Source: Neocallimastix sp. 'constans'
Lineage: Eukaryota
Direction of reading: 5' to 3'
Length of the DNA: 64,000 bases
Assembly: GCA_050613775.1 (NCBI GenBank)
Contig: JBODTK010000116.1
Span: 124,001 to 188,000 of the forward strand
In this document: piece after piece, positions 1 to 19,836 of the stretch
Layout of the letters: every line of letters starts with the position of its first letter
Position numbering within the stretch: the first letter of the stretch is position 1
Program-made: the position numbers and the translations under genes
The notes under the pieces: model-generated
Databases searched by the model: none
Seen by the model: only the letters and a program-made list of their open reading frames with translations
Told to the model about the DNA's origin: nothing

Positions 1-7507
<7,507 letters not shown>

Positions 7508-8228
7508 AAAAATTTTTTTTTTATTGTTGCTTAAAAAATAAAATAAAAATAACATTATTAAAATTTATTATTATTTATTATTATTTATTTTATATAAAAA
7601 AATAAGAACAAACTATTGTAATATATATAAAATAGTTTTTCTGTATTAATCAAAATAATAGCAATATTAAAAAAATTAAAATAAAAATAATGGATAATTT
7701 AATTAAATATGTACAATATCTTTTTAACAATATAAAATATTAATTTAAAACAAAAATAATTATTAAAATGTAATACTATTTATTTATATATATAAAATAA
7801 AGAAAAAATAAAAATCATCATTTTTTTCTTTAATAATTTATAAATTAATTTGTTTTTTGGTAGTATGTTAGGATATACTTTGTTTAACCAAAGGATATAC
7901 ATCCTATTAATAATACATTACTAATAATTATTCAAATTATATATTAATATATATTTGATGAAAAAATAATATTCAAATACATTATAAAAAGAATATATCT
8001 ATATATAATTGTAATATTAACTATATTTTAATTTTAATTAAATATTATATATTTAATTATCTATATTAATATATAATTTCATAAGCAAAAATTATAAAAA
8101 TAAAAATAATTATATATAAATAGATTGAATAGTTATATTTCTTAACGGAATTCTTTAAATTTTTTTTAATAACCACAATTATTGTGAATTTAAACTTTAT
8201 TTATTTATTCATTTGTTAATTAGATGTA

Positions 8229-8375
8229 GTCATATTGGTCCAGTCGGTTAGGATAATATAGGGAATTCAACACCGGGCAGACGTGTAACGACGTGTTGTG
8301 AGCGGCAACGCTGTACTAGTATACCATATATCATCACACCTACAGTAATAACTATTGGGAGATGGGTACCCATTA
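8229..8375 (+). other. tRNA-derived element (tRNA pseudogene or SINE-like head) with a structured GC-rich body
   Basis: GTCATAT-TG-GTCC-AGTCGGTTA-GGAT is an intact D-arm/A-box with the invariant T8, A14, G15, G18, G19, A21. The anticodon arm is missing. A degenerate B-box (GAATTCAACACC) and 3' GGCAGAC follow, then the hairpin AGCG-GCAA-CGCT and the palindrome ATGGGTACCCAT. Confidence 0.55.
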
Positions 8376-8869
8376 TATATATGTCTATATACTTTATACT
8401 TTATTAATTACATGTGTATTTTTTAAAAAAAAAAAAAAAATTAATAAAATATATATATATTATTTGTCCAATTTGAATAAAATAATTTTTTTTTAAATTG
8501 TAGTATTTAAAATAAAATGTATAAATGAATTCAGTAAAAAAGTTCATATGCAACAAACCTCACCTCCAGATTATAAGATTTTTGTTTAACAGAAATCATA
8601 TTAGAGATTAGAGCTTGAATTGTCAATCTGAAATAAATTACGGTCTTCTCCTTCAGAGGCATTGGCCTTGATAGTCTGATTTACTAAATTTTCATTGTTG
8701 ACACTCCTGGTTAGTTTATGCTTATAATGCCAAAATATTAATTCTTGTTGAGTACTATCCCTAAGCATAATTTCTGTTAAAAGATCGCAACAAGAATAGT
8801 ATTTTTGAATAATCACCAGAAATGATTTAATTATTAAATAATATATCCCATTCCTTTTTATAATCTAGA

Positions 8870-9835
8870 TCAATAATGTCTGCATCTCTCTCACCAAGAA
8901 GGAAGTTATATACTAGGTATCATTTCATATATAAATTTACACACTCATTCCTATTAATTCAAATTATCAATTTATTATTATTGTTGAAACAGATACAAAT
9001 AATTTTGCTCTTGGATGTATTTTTATACCATGTTAGTTCATACAATAATAAACTTCATCTGATTGTTTTTTTATTCAAGAGCTTTACTTTTGCTGAATGT
9101 AATTACCCAATTTATGATATAGAATTATTTGCTATATAGAGTGCTTTTGAATCTTGGAGGTACTATTTAAAGGTATTTATTCTTTCAAATCACAAAAACC
9201 TGTTATACTTTAAGAAACCAGAACAACTATCACAACGTTTAATTAAATGGTCAATATTCATTACTCTATTTGATTTTCAAATTAGATATTTCCCTGCCGT
9301 TCTAAAAAGATATTAAAAAAATATATTCGTTCTTGCAATATTTGTAGCTCTTCAAAGGTTCCTTATCATAAGTCTTACGGTTTACTTAAATCTTTTCCTA
9401 TTGACAATAATCCTTGGAAATCAATTTCAATAGATACTATCAGAGACCTTTCCTTTTCCAACGAAATGATTATTACTCTTGTCGTGGTTGATCTCTTTAC
9501 GAAGATGGCCCATTTCATACCCTTTCAAATCTGTTCCTACTGCTGAAGCTTATGCTTAACATCTTCTTAATTCCATTTTCAAACTTCATTGACTTCTAAA
9601 GGACACTACTTCGGATAGATTTACCTTTAAACTTTTGAATAGATTGTTTTAATTTACTTCTTGTTTATCTTTTTTATTCTCTATCCATCATCAGCAAACA
9701 AATGACCAAGTAGAGAGGGTAATTGCAATTCTTGAACAATACTTAAAATGCTACGTCAATAATTAACATGATAATTAGATGGTAAATTTAATCCTTGTAA
9801 AATTTGCTTATAATAACACAATCCAAGAATTAAGA
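8870..9835 (+). mobile_element. Decayed Ty3/Gypsy LTR-retrotransposon pol fragment (RNase H and integrase)
   Basis: Across shifting frames: ETDTNNFALGC, AECNYPIYDIELFAI*SAFESWRYYLKG and NHKNLLYFKKPEQLSQRLIKWSIF (RNase H); KDIKKYIRSCNIC, PWKSISIDTI, LVVVDLFTKMAHFIP, HQQTNDQVERVIAILEQYLKCYV and FAYNN (integrase). RNase H then integrase is the Gypsy order. Many stops, frameshifts and an internal deletion. Confidence 0.9.
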
Positions 9836-9871
9836 AATCATCACTAAATGAAATGTTAAATCAAGATAAGG

Positions 9872-9913
<42 letters not shown>

Positions 9914-10050
9914 TATATATATATATATTAAATTACAACAATTTTTAATTTGAATGTTTAAAGATATTTACCGGTAACATGAATCGAACTAAAAAAAAAT
10001 ATCTTTACTAATTTTTATTATGTAAATATATTTTATTGTTAAAACTGTAG

Positions 10051-10083
<33 letters not shown>

Positions 10084-10709
10084 GGTTTTATATTTTTATT
10101 CTTTATTTTTATTGTCATTTTTATTATTTATTTATTTAAATTTGAACTTTGCTATTACTTCTATATTTAAATTAGATTTTATCTAAATTTATTAGATTAT
10201 ACGTTATTTTTTTTAAAAATAAAATAAGATGAAATAAAATAAATAATGAAGTAGTATAAAATAGAAAAGTACTAATAAAAATTTTTCATTAAATTTTTTT
10301 ATTTTTTATTTGTAATTTTTTATTATTTTCTATAAATCAATCCATAATAATAAGGAAAATGAATAACTTTTTACATTTTTTTTAATATAAATTTATATAT
10401 ATATATATTAAATCAATTATTTAATATGTTAAAAAAAATTATATATATATACACATTTAATTATTACAATTTCTATATTAATTCATTTATATATAACTTT
10501 CATTTTATTATTATTATTTTTTTTTTTTTATTGCGTAAAATTTTTGATAGTAAATTAATAATATTATATTTATATTATTATTATCTTACATATACATTTG
10601 ATTAATAATTTTTTTATTATTATTATATTCTAATTTTATTTTTTTATATTATTTCTTAATTTATTCAATATAATTTAAAAAATATAAAAACCCTTTAACT
10701 CGTCATTAG

Positions 10710-10745
<36 letters not shown>

Positions 10746-10750
10746 CATAA

Positions 10751-12602
10751 TTATTTTTTATTTTTCATATTTTCATCACTTAGAAGAGCAAAATATTTAT
10801 CAGAAGTAGACATATATTTCTTTCTTCTATAATTATTACTATTATTATTATCATCATTTATGATATTAGCTGTATAATTATATTGATGATTATTATCATC
10901 AATTTCATTCATATTAGTATTCATACCAAAACTCTCTTCACCTATTAAACTTTTCCAAAGAGCATTATTATTATTTTTAATACTATTATTATTATTATTA
11001 TTATTATTATAATTATTATTATTATTACTATTATTATTATTATAAGGAATTTGACTTATATTATATTTTTCTGAAGTATTTCGATTAATAAAACTATTAT
11101 TATTATTATATATTATATCATTATATTTTTCTAAAGAGTTAAGCCTATTGTTATTACTGTTGTTGTTATTATTATTAATATATATATTATTATTAATATT
11201 ATATTTTTCTGAAGTTGAAGCATTTCTTTGGATATAGCTTGTATGTTTTGAACTATTACTTACACCGTAAGTAAATGTTCCCTTATGAGAAATATCTTTA
11301 AGATGACCATCAATATTAGTGGCATTAGAGACATTATTATTTAAGGAGCCCCCCTTTATATAACCTTTATAATCTAATATATTATTGTTAGCTAATATAG
11401 ATTCATAATTTGAAGTAATTAATAGAATTTGATCAATAAAGATCATATAATATTGTATATTTGCAATGGCTTTTCTTAATTTTTCAAATTCAAATTCTAA
11501 ATCTAATTTTTTTTCTATTATCCAATAAAATTTTAAAATGATGGCAACAGAAACTAAGGGTAAAAAGGAAAATGATAAAAAGGAAGCTATTAAAATTCTA
11601 TATTCGGATAAGGATTTAAACTTCTTTAAAAATCCATAGTCATATTTGCCTTTCTTAAATACGCTACTTTTTAATACTAAATAAACAGTAAATTCATAAA
11701 TTACTGAAGCATAGATAATAATGAGTTGCACAATCCAGTATATTTGATAAAAATCATCAATTTTATTTTTTAAGAAGACACCAGTTTTTAAATCATATAA
11801 ATCTCTTGGATCTAAATTCCAATGTAAAATAATTAGTACTAGCTTTGATAAATTGAATAGAGCACAAGTAGCATATACTATATAGATAGATTTAGTTTTT
11901 ACAACAGCTCGTGTTCGAAGTAAAGGATACCAATCTGCAATGATTTCACCGATATACCAAAATAAAGTCCCAAAGTACCTACATAAGTACCATCTCATTG
12001 GATTTAAAGTATTTGCTGAACATTCACAATAAGTATCGCCATTTTCACCCTTTTTCATACAATAATATAAACTAAACAGACCTCCTAATTCATCAAATAT
12101 ATCACCAGTACATCTATTAATATATTATAAATAAAATATATATATATATTAGAAATATAATTCATTAATATTTTAAAGGTAGATATTAAATAATTATTCA
12201 TTAATTATTGCAATATTATTAAAATTATAATTATTATTATAATTTATTTCAATATTTTATTTAAAAAGCAAATTTTTTTTTAAAAAAAAATATTTCTTAC
12301 CTCACTATGAAGTGTCCTAATATAATTTTCATTACTGGTTTTCTAAAATTAAACTTATGTAATATAAAAACAAGTAATGTCCAATAAAAAAAACTAAAAC
12401 TTAGTGGAGCTTGTATTGCATTAACTATGACTCTTACTTTATCAATTTTTCCATTATAATAATCTTTTTCTTGTAACCCTGACGTACATTGAACATAACA
12501 ATTATAACTGACACCTTTACTCGATATCCAATCCAATAAAGAAGCATCAGTCCTATTTCCTATAAAATAACTTTCATCATATTCTAAAGGAGCAGAAAAC
12601 AT
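10751..12602 (-). CDS. Orphan seven-transmembrane (GPCR-like) protein with Asn-rich C-terminal tail, 2 exons, 554 aa
   Basis: Exon 1 12602-12301 (AG|gtaaga) and exon 2 12113-10751 (taatag|A) join in frame as HFIVR-CTGDIFDELGG. About 7 hydrophobic segments, Cys residues in the N-terminus and first extracellular loop, and a poly-Asn tail. Confidence 0.8.
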
Positions 12603-13255
12603 TTTATAAATATCAAATTTGTAATATATTATTATTATTATTATTAAATTGTTTTTACTTTTTAACTTTTAGTTTCTACAATTTTTCAAATTCAAATTGA
12701 ATTTAAATTGAATTGACGTATACGTATATTAATATAATTTAAATAAAATTACTTTTTCAATAAAAAATGTTAAAAAAAATTATATTACAAAAATAATTAA
12801 ATAATAAAATACTTTTTTTTTTTTTATTTATTTTTTTTTATCTTTTTTTATATAAATCTTAATAATTTACTTATAAAATTTTGTTATTTTTCATTTTTCC
12901 TTCTTATTTTATTTTATTTTATTTTTTTATTTTTTTTGTTTTATTTTATTTTTTGTATTTTTTTTTTCCTTAAAATTGATGTAAAAACTTTGAATATTTA
13001 TAGTATTTTTCAATTAAATTACTATTAATAATAATATTGATATTAAAATTTTCAATATAACTACTATTCCGTTAATTTTTAAATAATAGAGTTTGGGTTA
13101 CATCAATTGTAATATAAATAAGCAATTTTAATTTATTATTTAATATAATTAATTGTAAAGATATTAAAAAAATAAAAATTGAAATAATTAATTTGATATA
13201 AAATAAAAAAAAAATTAAATTAAAAAAAAATATGTATTAAATATAAAAAAAAATT

Positions 13256-13286
<31 letters not shown>

Positions 13287-13664
13287 TTAAATATTATAAT
13301 TATAAGTAATAAATAGAGTATAATTTAATATAATATATATTTAATGAAAATATTCGTTTTATGACTTCATATTAATATATTCAAATTAAATCTTTTTTTT
13401 TTTTTTTTTTTTTTTAATTATTAATAATATAAAAATATTATTTATTATGAAAATTATGAATATTTGAATATACGCATAATAATTAAAAAAATTCAAAATA
13501 GTATTACTATTAATATATTCTATATATTTTATATTCATATAAACTTTTCATATATATTACAAAACTATGATATAATTACATAATTTCAAAATATTACTAA
13601 TAAAAATTTTAACATATTAAATTATCAAATAAATATTTTATTTATTTATTTTTTTTTTTAAATA

Positions 13665-13695
<31 letters not shown>

Positions 13696-15287
13696 TGGAT
13701 AAATTAAAATTTTTGAATGATACTTTCACATCAGTTATATACAACTTTATTTATTATTAAATAATAATAATTTATAATATGTTTTTTTTTTTTTTTTTTT
13801 TTTTTTATTACATATATTTATGTTTTTATTTTTTTTTTTTATATATTTTATTATAATTTAATTTTTTTTATTAAAAATGTTTATCCATTTTCACTATAAA
13901 AATGTGAAAGATAAAGACATATATTTATAGAATAGGATGCAAGTATTGCAGAAAAAAAAATTATAAATTAATATTTTATAAAAAAATATAATTAAAAAAA
14001 AAAGTTTTATAATAATTAATATTGTAATAACAGAAATAAATATCATGACATATCAAGTAAATAATTAAAATTATAAACGATTAATATTATTAAGTACTGT
14101 TTAGTCCAAGTCTTTAAAAAAAATAATAATTAAAAATTTAAATAATAATATTATTCTATTGCTATAATTTTTTCAAAATATATTAAAAACCATGTCATGA
14201 TAAAATTATTTTATATTATTATTAATAATTAATCTTTTGATAGATTAAACTATTGCACTCAAAATGAAATAATATTAAAATATAAATAAAAACAAATAAA
14301 TTAATTTTTAGTATACATAAAAAAAAATTATATAAATCAAAAAATAATTATGGTCAAAATCAATATTAATTTTCATTGTTTATTTCAACTATAATATTAA
14401 TCGTAAATTAAAAATATTAATTTTTATTAATAATTGTACTACTATAATCTCCTTTTTTTTATATATATATATATATATATTTAATTTTTTATTTTTTATT
14501 TTTTATTTTTATTTCCATTATTATTTATTATTTATTATTTATTATTTATTATTTATTATTATCAAAATTTTTATATGAATAAAAAAAAAAACAATGATTG
14601 ATTATTTAATATAAAATTTGCTTAAATTTGGTAATACTTCTAATGACATATAAAAATAAATGAATTTGTGTAATGTGTTTAAAGATATTTTTGTTAAATT
14701 AAGAATTTTGTACAACAGTAATGAATATTATTTTATTAAAAAAAAAAAATTTTTTTCACAAAAAGATATATCTTTTAGTAAACTTTAATTTATATATTTT
14801 TTATATAGACTATTGATTTAATTTTCAAATTTCATCATTTATTAATTATAAACATTTATATTTATAAAACATTTATAAATATAATTTATATATATATTTT
14901 AAATATTTATTATAACTTATTTTGTAATTTAATAATCAATGATACTAAAGTAAAAAAAAAAAAAAAAAAAAAAATAATATTAGCATTACTTTGATTATTT
15001 CTAAATTTTCATTTTTTAATTTACTGGTAATAGAAATGATATATAAAAGTACATTAATAAAACTAATATATTTTTTGGAATTTTTTTTTTTTGTCTTAAT
15101 TATTAAACTATAAAGCCTGTATTTAAAGCATAATTTTTTCATTTATATTTTCTAACTAAATAATAATAAAATAATAATGAAAAATTAATAATAATAATAG
15201 TAATAAAATGAATTGGCTTATTGAAATTTTAAATTTATTACAAATGATTAGTTTTTGAATTAGATTTATAATTTCTTTAAAATGAAA

Positions 15288-15335
<48 letters not shown>

Positions 15336-16198
15336 AATAATTGATACATATAACTTCAATTTATAACAAAAATATTTTTATTTTCAAATTTTGAGTCATT
15401 TTCACATAACACTTTTTTATTTCTCATATATTTAATATTTTAAAATGACTTATCAGAGTTTTATTATTAGATTAGATTATTTTTACCTAAAATTATTAAT
15501 TCTTACGTACTATTAATCTCTGAATAAAAAAGTACATATTAATATTTATTAATAAATATATAAATATTCATTATAATTAAATCAAAAATGTATATAATTT
15601 TTTTTTATTTTAATTTTTAATTTAAAAATTAAATAATTGATAAAAGAATAATATAATTTTATGATATTTAATTATTAAAAATTAAAAAAATTTTCTATAA
15701 TTTTTTTTATACTAAAAGACCATATATCCTAGAGACTTTTTTTATTATTAAATAAAAGCATTATGAACATAAATTTATATATTTTTATATATTAATATTA
15801 TTTTTTTTATTATTGTTTAAAAGTTAATGCGTTATTATTTCTGTAATTTTTAATAATTATTATTAATATGATTATTAATACCATTATTATTATTATTATT
15901 ATTATTATAACTAGTAATTACAATGGATACTATTAATTTAAACAGGTGTTACTAAATTATTGATATAAATTTAAAATATAATTTTCAGAATAATTTTTTT
16001 AATTTTTATTAATGTAAAATTTAATTAAAATTTATTTGATTTATATGTATATATATTATTATTATTTTTTTTTTTTCTGATCTAATAAAATCTGCTAAGC
16101 TTATTGTATTTTTTATTTATTAATATATATTAAAAAAATAAACTAGAAAATCTGTTTATTATTATTAAATTTAATTAATAATCAAATTAGTTTTTTTT

Positions 16199-16230
<32 letters not shown>

Positions 16231-16564
16231 GTTTTTTGTTTATTAAAAAATTAAAAAAAAAAAAAAAAAAAAGCATTAAATAATCCTTTTATCTTCTACA
16301 TCATTAAAGATAATAAATACATCAATATTTTTAAATTATATATAAAAAAAAAAAAAAAACATAGCAGATAGAAATTATATAATGATGACCATATCAAAAT
16401 AATTTGTAACTGCAATAGTAAAAAAAAAAAAAAAAAAAAAACATTCACATTTCAATTAAGTTAAAAATTATAGTTATATGGAGAATGTGGTTATTTTTTA
16501 AAATTTTATAAAATAAGGTTTTTTTTTTTTTTTCATGCCCCTTTAAAAAAATTTTTTTTTTGAG

Positions 16565-16636
16565 TTTAAATTAAATCAAATGAATAAAAATAAAAAAATA
16601 AATTATTTATTTTTTATTCATTTGATTTAATTTAAA
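16565..16636. repeat. Perfect 26-bp inverted repeat with 20-nt spacer
   Basis: tttaaattaaatcaaatgaataaaaa (16565-16590) and tttttattcatttgatttaatttaaa (16611-16636). Confidence 0.9.
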
Positions 16637-16720
16637 GATGATATAAAATAGTTTTTTTTATTCAAACATAAATTAATGTCATAAATTAAATTTAAATCTA
16701 ATGATTCTATAATATTTTAA

Positions 16721-17009
16721 TATGTGGCTTGAATTATATTTATTAATTATATTTATAATCTATAAATAATTTTATAACATATATCAATTTTTTAATTCTA
16801 ATTATTTTATATTTATATTTATTTTTTATATAGTTATTAAATATTACCTTAAATAATAATTATTAATACTTATTTTTTATAATTCTTTTTTAGTATATTA
16901 TTATTTATAATTTTTACAATTTAATATTAATAAATCATATATATAAAAAAAGAATATTTATTATTTATTTAACTTTTATTTATTTAATTATTAAAACACA
17001 AGCCACATA
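16721..17009. mobile_element. Candidate MITE (or solo LTR) with TGTGGCTTG...CAAGCCACA termini flanked by TA
   Basis: tatgtggcttg at 16721 and its exact reverse complement caagccacata at 16999 enclose about 270 bp of AT-rich DNA. Related TGTGGCTT starts occur at about 20642 and 29008. Confidence 0.4.
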
Positions 17010-17053
17010 GGAATACACGCCACATTTCGAAATGCACTAGATTCATTTATAAT

Positions 17054-17096
<43 letters not shown>

Positions 17097-17408
17097 TTAT
17101 TTTAATAAAAAAATAAAATGTATAAAATTTTAATTTTTAATTACTCCTCTTTTTTTTAAATAATAAAAATAATAAAAAAAATATTATTAATATTTAAATT
17201 TAATTTTATATTTATATTATATTATATTAAAAATTCAAAATGACATCTTTGTATTTCTATTTTATTTTATTTTTTTATTTCTACTTTACTATATTAATTC
17301 TTAAATTAATAGATATTATTTAATATTAAAATATTTTTATGTATGTATACATAAAAATATTACAATACTGTAAATAAAAAAATATATATATAATAATAAA
17401 ATATATAC

Positions 17409-17443
<35 letters not shown>

Positions 17444-17559
17444 CAATATAATTAATATTTTATTAAAATATAAATATTTTTTTAAAATTAAATTAATAAA
17501 TTTATTATTATATTCTTAATAAAATGGAAATAATAAAATTAATATTAATAACGATTCTT

Positions 17560-18391
17560 TTAACAACAAAAATCCCAATTATATAAAACTTTACTAAAAT
17601 CTCTATTAATTAATGAATTTTTGGATATAAAAAAATTACCAACTCCATTATCACCCCATAATACTTTTTCATCTGAATTAATTTGTAATAATAATATAAC
17701 ATAATTGGAATATTTTTCATCAAATCTTGGGTCATCCTGAGTAAAGTATGGATAGCCTAATATTTTATGCGTATTATTATCATCAGATAATAGTTTATCA
17801 TAAAGTTTATCGTTTTCATCATCGTTAAGTACTTTATATGATTACTATCTTTGTCAAGTTCTTTACCGTATACCTCTTTATAGGCTTCAGAAAATATTTT
17901 TTCAAAATGAAAATCATTAGGTATTATATGGTCGAAATTTTTATTTAAAGATATTTTAAATTCACCATTAATTGGAAAATATTTTTTATTTAGTGAAGTA
18001 AAAATATCCATTCTTTCAAGTGATTACTTTGTTATATTATAATCAATTTTTTCATGATAAACTACTCTAAAGTTATTTTGTATAGTTTGGTCATCATAAT
18101 TCACTCCCATTAAATCATCACCACCATCAATAAAAAATTGAAGTAAACCATTTTTTTGTAATGGTTCCTCAACATCACATTTATCAAAATTTATTTGAGC
18201 AAGTAATGATAATTTTTCTCCTTCTGAATTTTTTGGATATTCTTTATCTGTTGTCCAATAAGGTATACCCCCAAATTTACTGTCAAATATATCTGGTTCT
18301 TCATCCAAATATTTAATTAAATAATTATCCTGTTTTGATAAACGTTTAATTCCTTCTATTAATTGTTCAATTGATCAGTTTTATTATCCAT
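17560..18391 (-). pseudogene. DUF1963/YwqG-family pseudogene (copy 1)
   Basis: Colinear with the intact paralogs from ATG (18391) to WDFCC-stop (17560). Lesions: 1-bp deletion at codon 8, GAA>TAA at 18024-18026, and 1-bp deletion near 17845. Confidence 0.85.
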
Positions 18392-18500
18392 CTTTTTAAT
18401 CTTAAAAATATTTAAATATTTATTTTTTTATATTAATTTATTATTTCTTATTAATTTATTAATTAATTTATTAAATATTTATTTATTATTTCTTATCATT

Positions 18501-18535
<35 letters not shown>

Positions 18536-18872
18536 TTATTTTAAAAAAATAAAAAATATGAAATTTTTAGTACACTTCTTTTAATAATAAAAATAATAAA
18601 AAAAAATATAATATTAATATTTAAATTTAATTTTATATTTATATTATATTAAAAATTATTTATTACACACGAATATATAACAAAATAACTTTCTTATTTT
18701 GAGTTTCTGTTTTATCGTATTTTATTTTATTTTATCAATTCTTAAATTAATAGTTATTTAATGTTAAAATATTTTTTATATATACAATACTATAATTAAA
18801 AGATAAATAATATGATAATAAAACATTTTTTTTTTTTTTTTTTGGTTTGTTTTGTTATATTTTATTTTGTTT

Positions 18873-18907
<35 letters not shown>

Positions 18908-19026
18908 CAGAATATATAATATTTTATTAAAATATAAATATATTTTACTATTAAATTAATTAATTAATTAATTATTACATTTTTAATAAAATGGAAGTTA
19001 TATTAAAAATATTATTTACACTTTGT

Positions 19027-19836
19027 TTAACAACAGTCCCAATTATATAAAACTTTACTAAAGTCTCTATTAATTAATGATTCTTTGTTAATAAAAAAAT
19101 TACCAACTCCGCAATCACCCCATAATATATTTCTACTTGAACCAATTTGTAATAATAATATATCATAATTGGAATATTTTTCATCAATTCTTGGGTCATC
19201 CTGAGTAAAGTATGGATAACCTAATATTTTATGCCTACCTTTTAAAGATAATTTATCACAAAGTAGATTGGCTTCCTCATAGGACAATCTATCTTTATCG
19301 AATTCTTTACCATATACTTCTTTATAGGCTTCTGCATATATTTTATCAAAACGAAAATCATATGGTGTTATATAGTCTACATTTTTATTTAATGATATTT
19401 TAAATTCTCCATAAACGGGATGATATTTTTTATTTATAGAATTAAGTACATCCATTTTTTCAAGTGATTCCTTTGTTACATTATAATCAATTTTTTCATG
19501 ATAAACTACTCTAAAGTTATTTTGTGAAATTTGATCATTATAATTCACACCCATTAAAACATCATTGCTGTCAATAAAAAATTGAAGTAAACCATTTTTT
19601 GGTAAAGGTTCCTCAACGTCACATTTATCAAAATTTATTTGAGCAAGTAATGCTAATTTTTCTCCTTTCGAATTTTTTGGATATTCTTTATCTGTTGTCC
19701 AATAAGGAATACCCCCGTATTTACTGTCAAAAATATCAGGCTTTTCTTCTTCAATTTTTATTGAATAATCTTCTTGTTTAGATAAACGTTTAATTACTTC
19801 TACTAATTGTTCAAATTGTTCAGTTTTATTATCCAT
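19027..19836 (-). CDS. DUF1963/YwqG-family protein (copy 2, intact, 269 aa, intronless)
   Basis: Motifs [74 protein letters not shown]. Confidence 0.9.
   Translation of the reverse strand: MDNKTEQFEQLVEVIKRLSKQEDYSIKIEEEKPDIFDSKYGGIPYWTTDKEYPKNSKGEKLALLAQINFDKCDVEEPLPKNGLLQFFIDSNDVLMGVNYNDQISQNNFRVVYHEKIDYNVTKESLEKMDVLNSINKKYHPVYGEFKISLNKNVDYITPYDFRFDKIYAEAYKEVYGKEFDKDRLSYEEANLLCDKLSLKGRHKILGYPYFTQDDPRIDEKYSNYDILLLQIGSSRNILWGDCGVGNFFINKESLINRDFSKVLYNWDCC

Noticed and set aside
8229..8285. Functional tRNA gene
   Set aside because: Anticodon arm absent; acceptor and T stems mispaired.
12700..16500. Possible genes in the long AT-rich tract, including ORF 14945-15142
   Set aside because: Homopolymer-driven ORFs with no coding signature.
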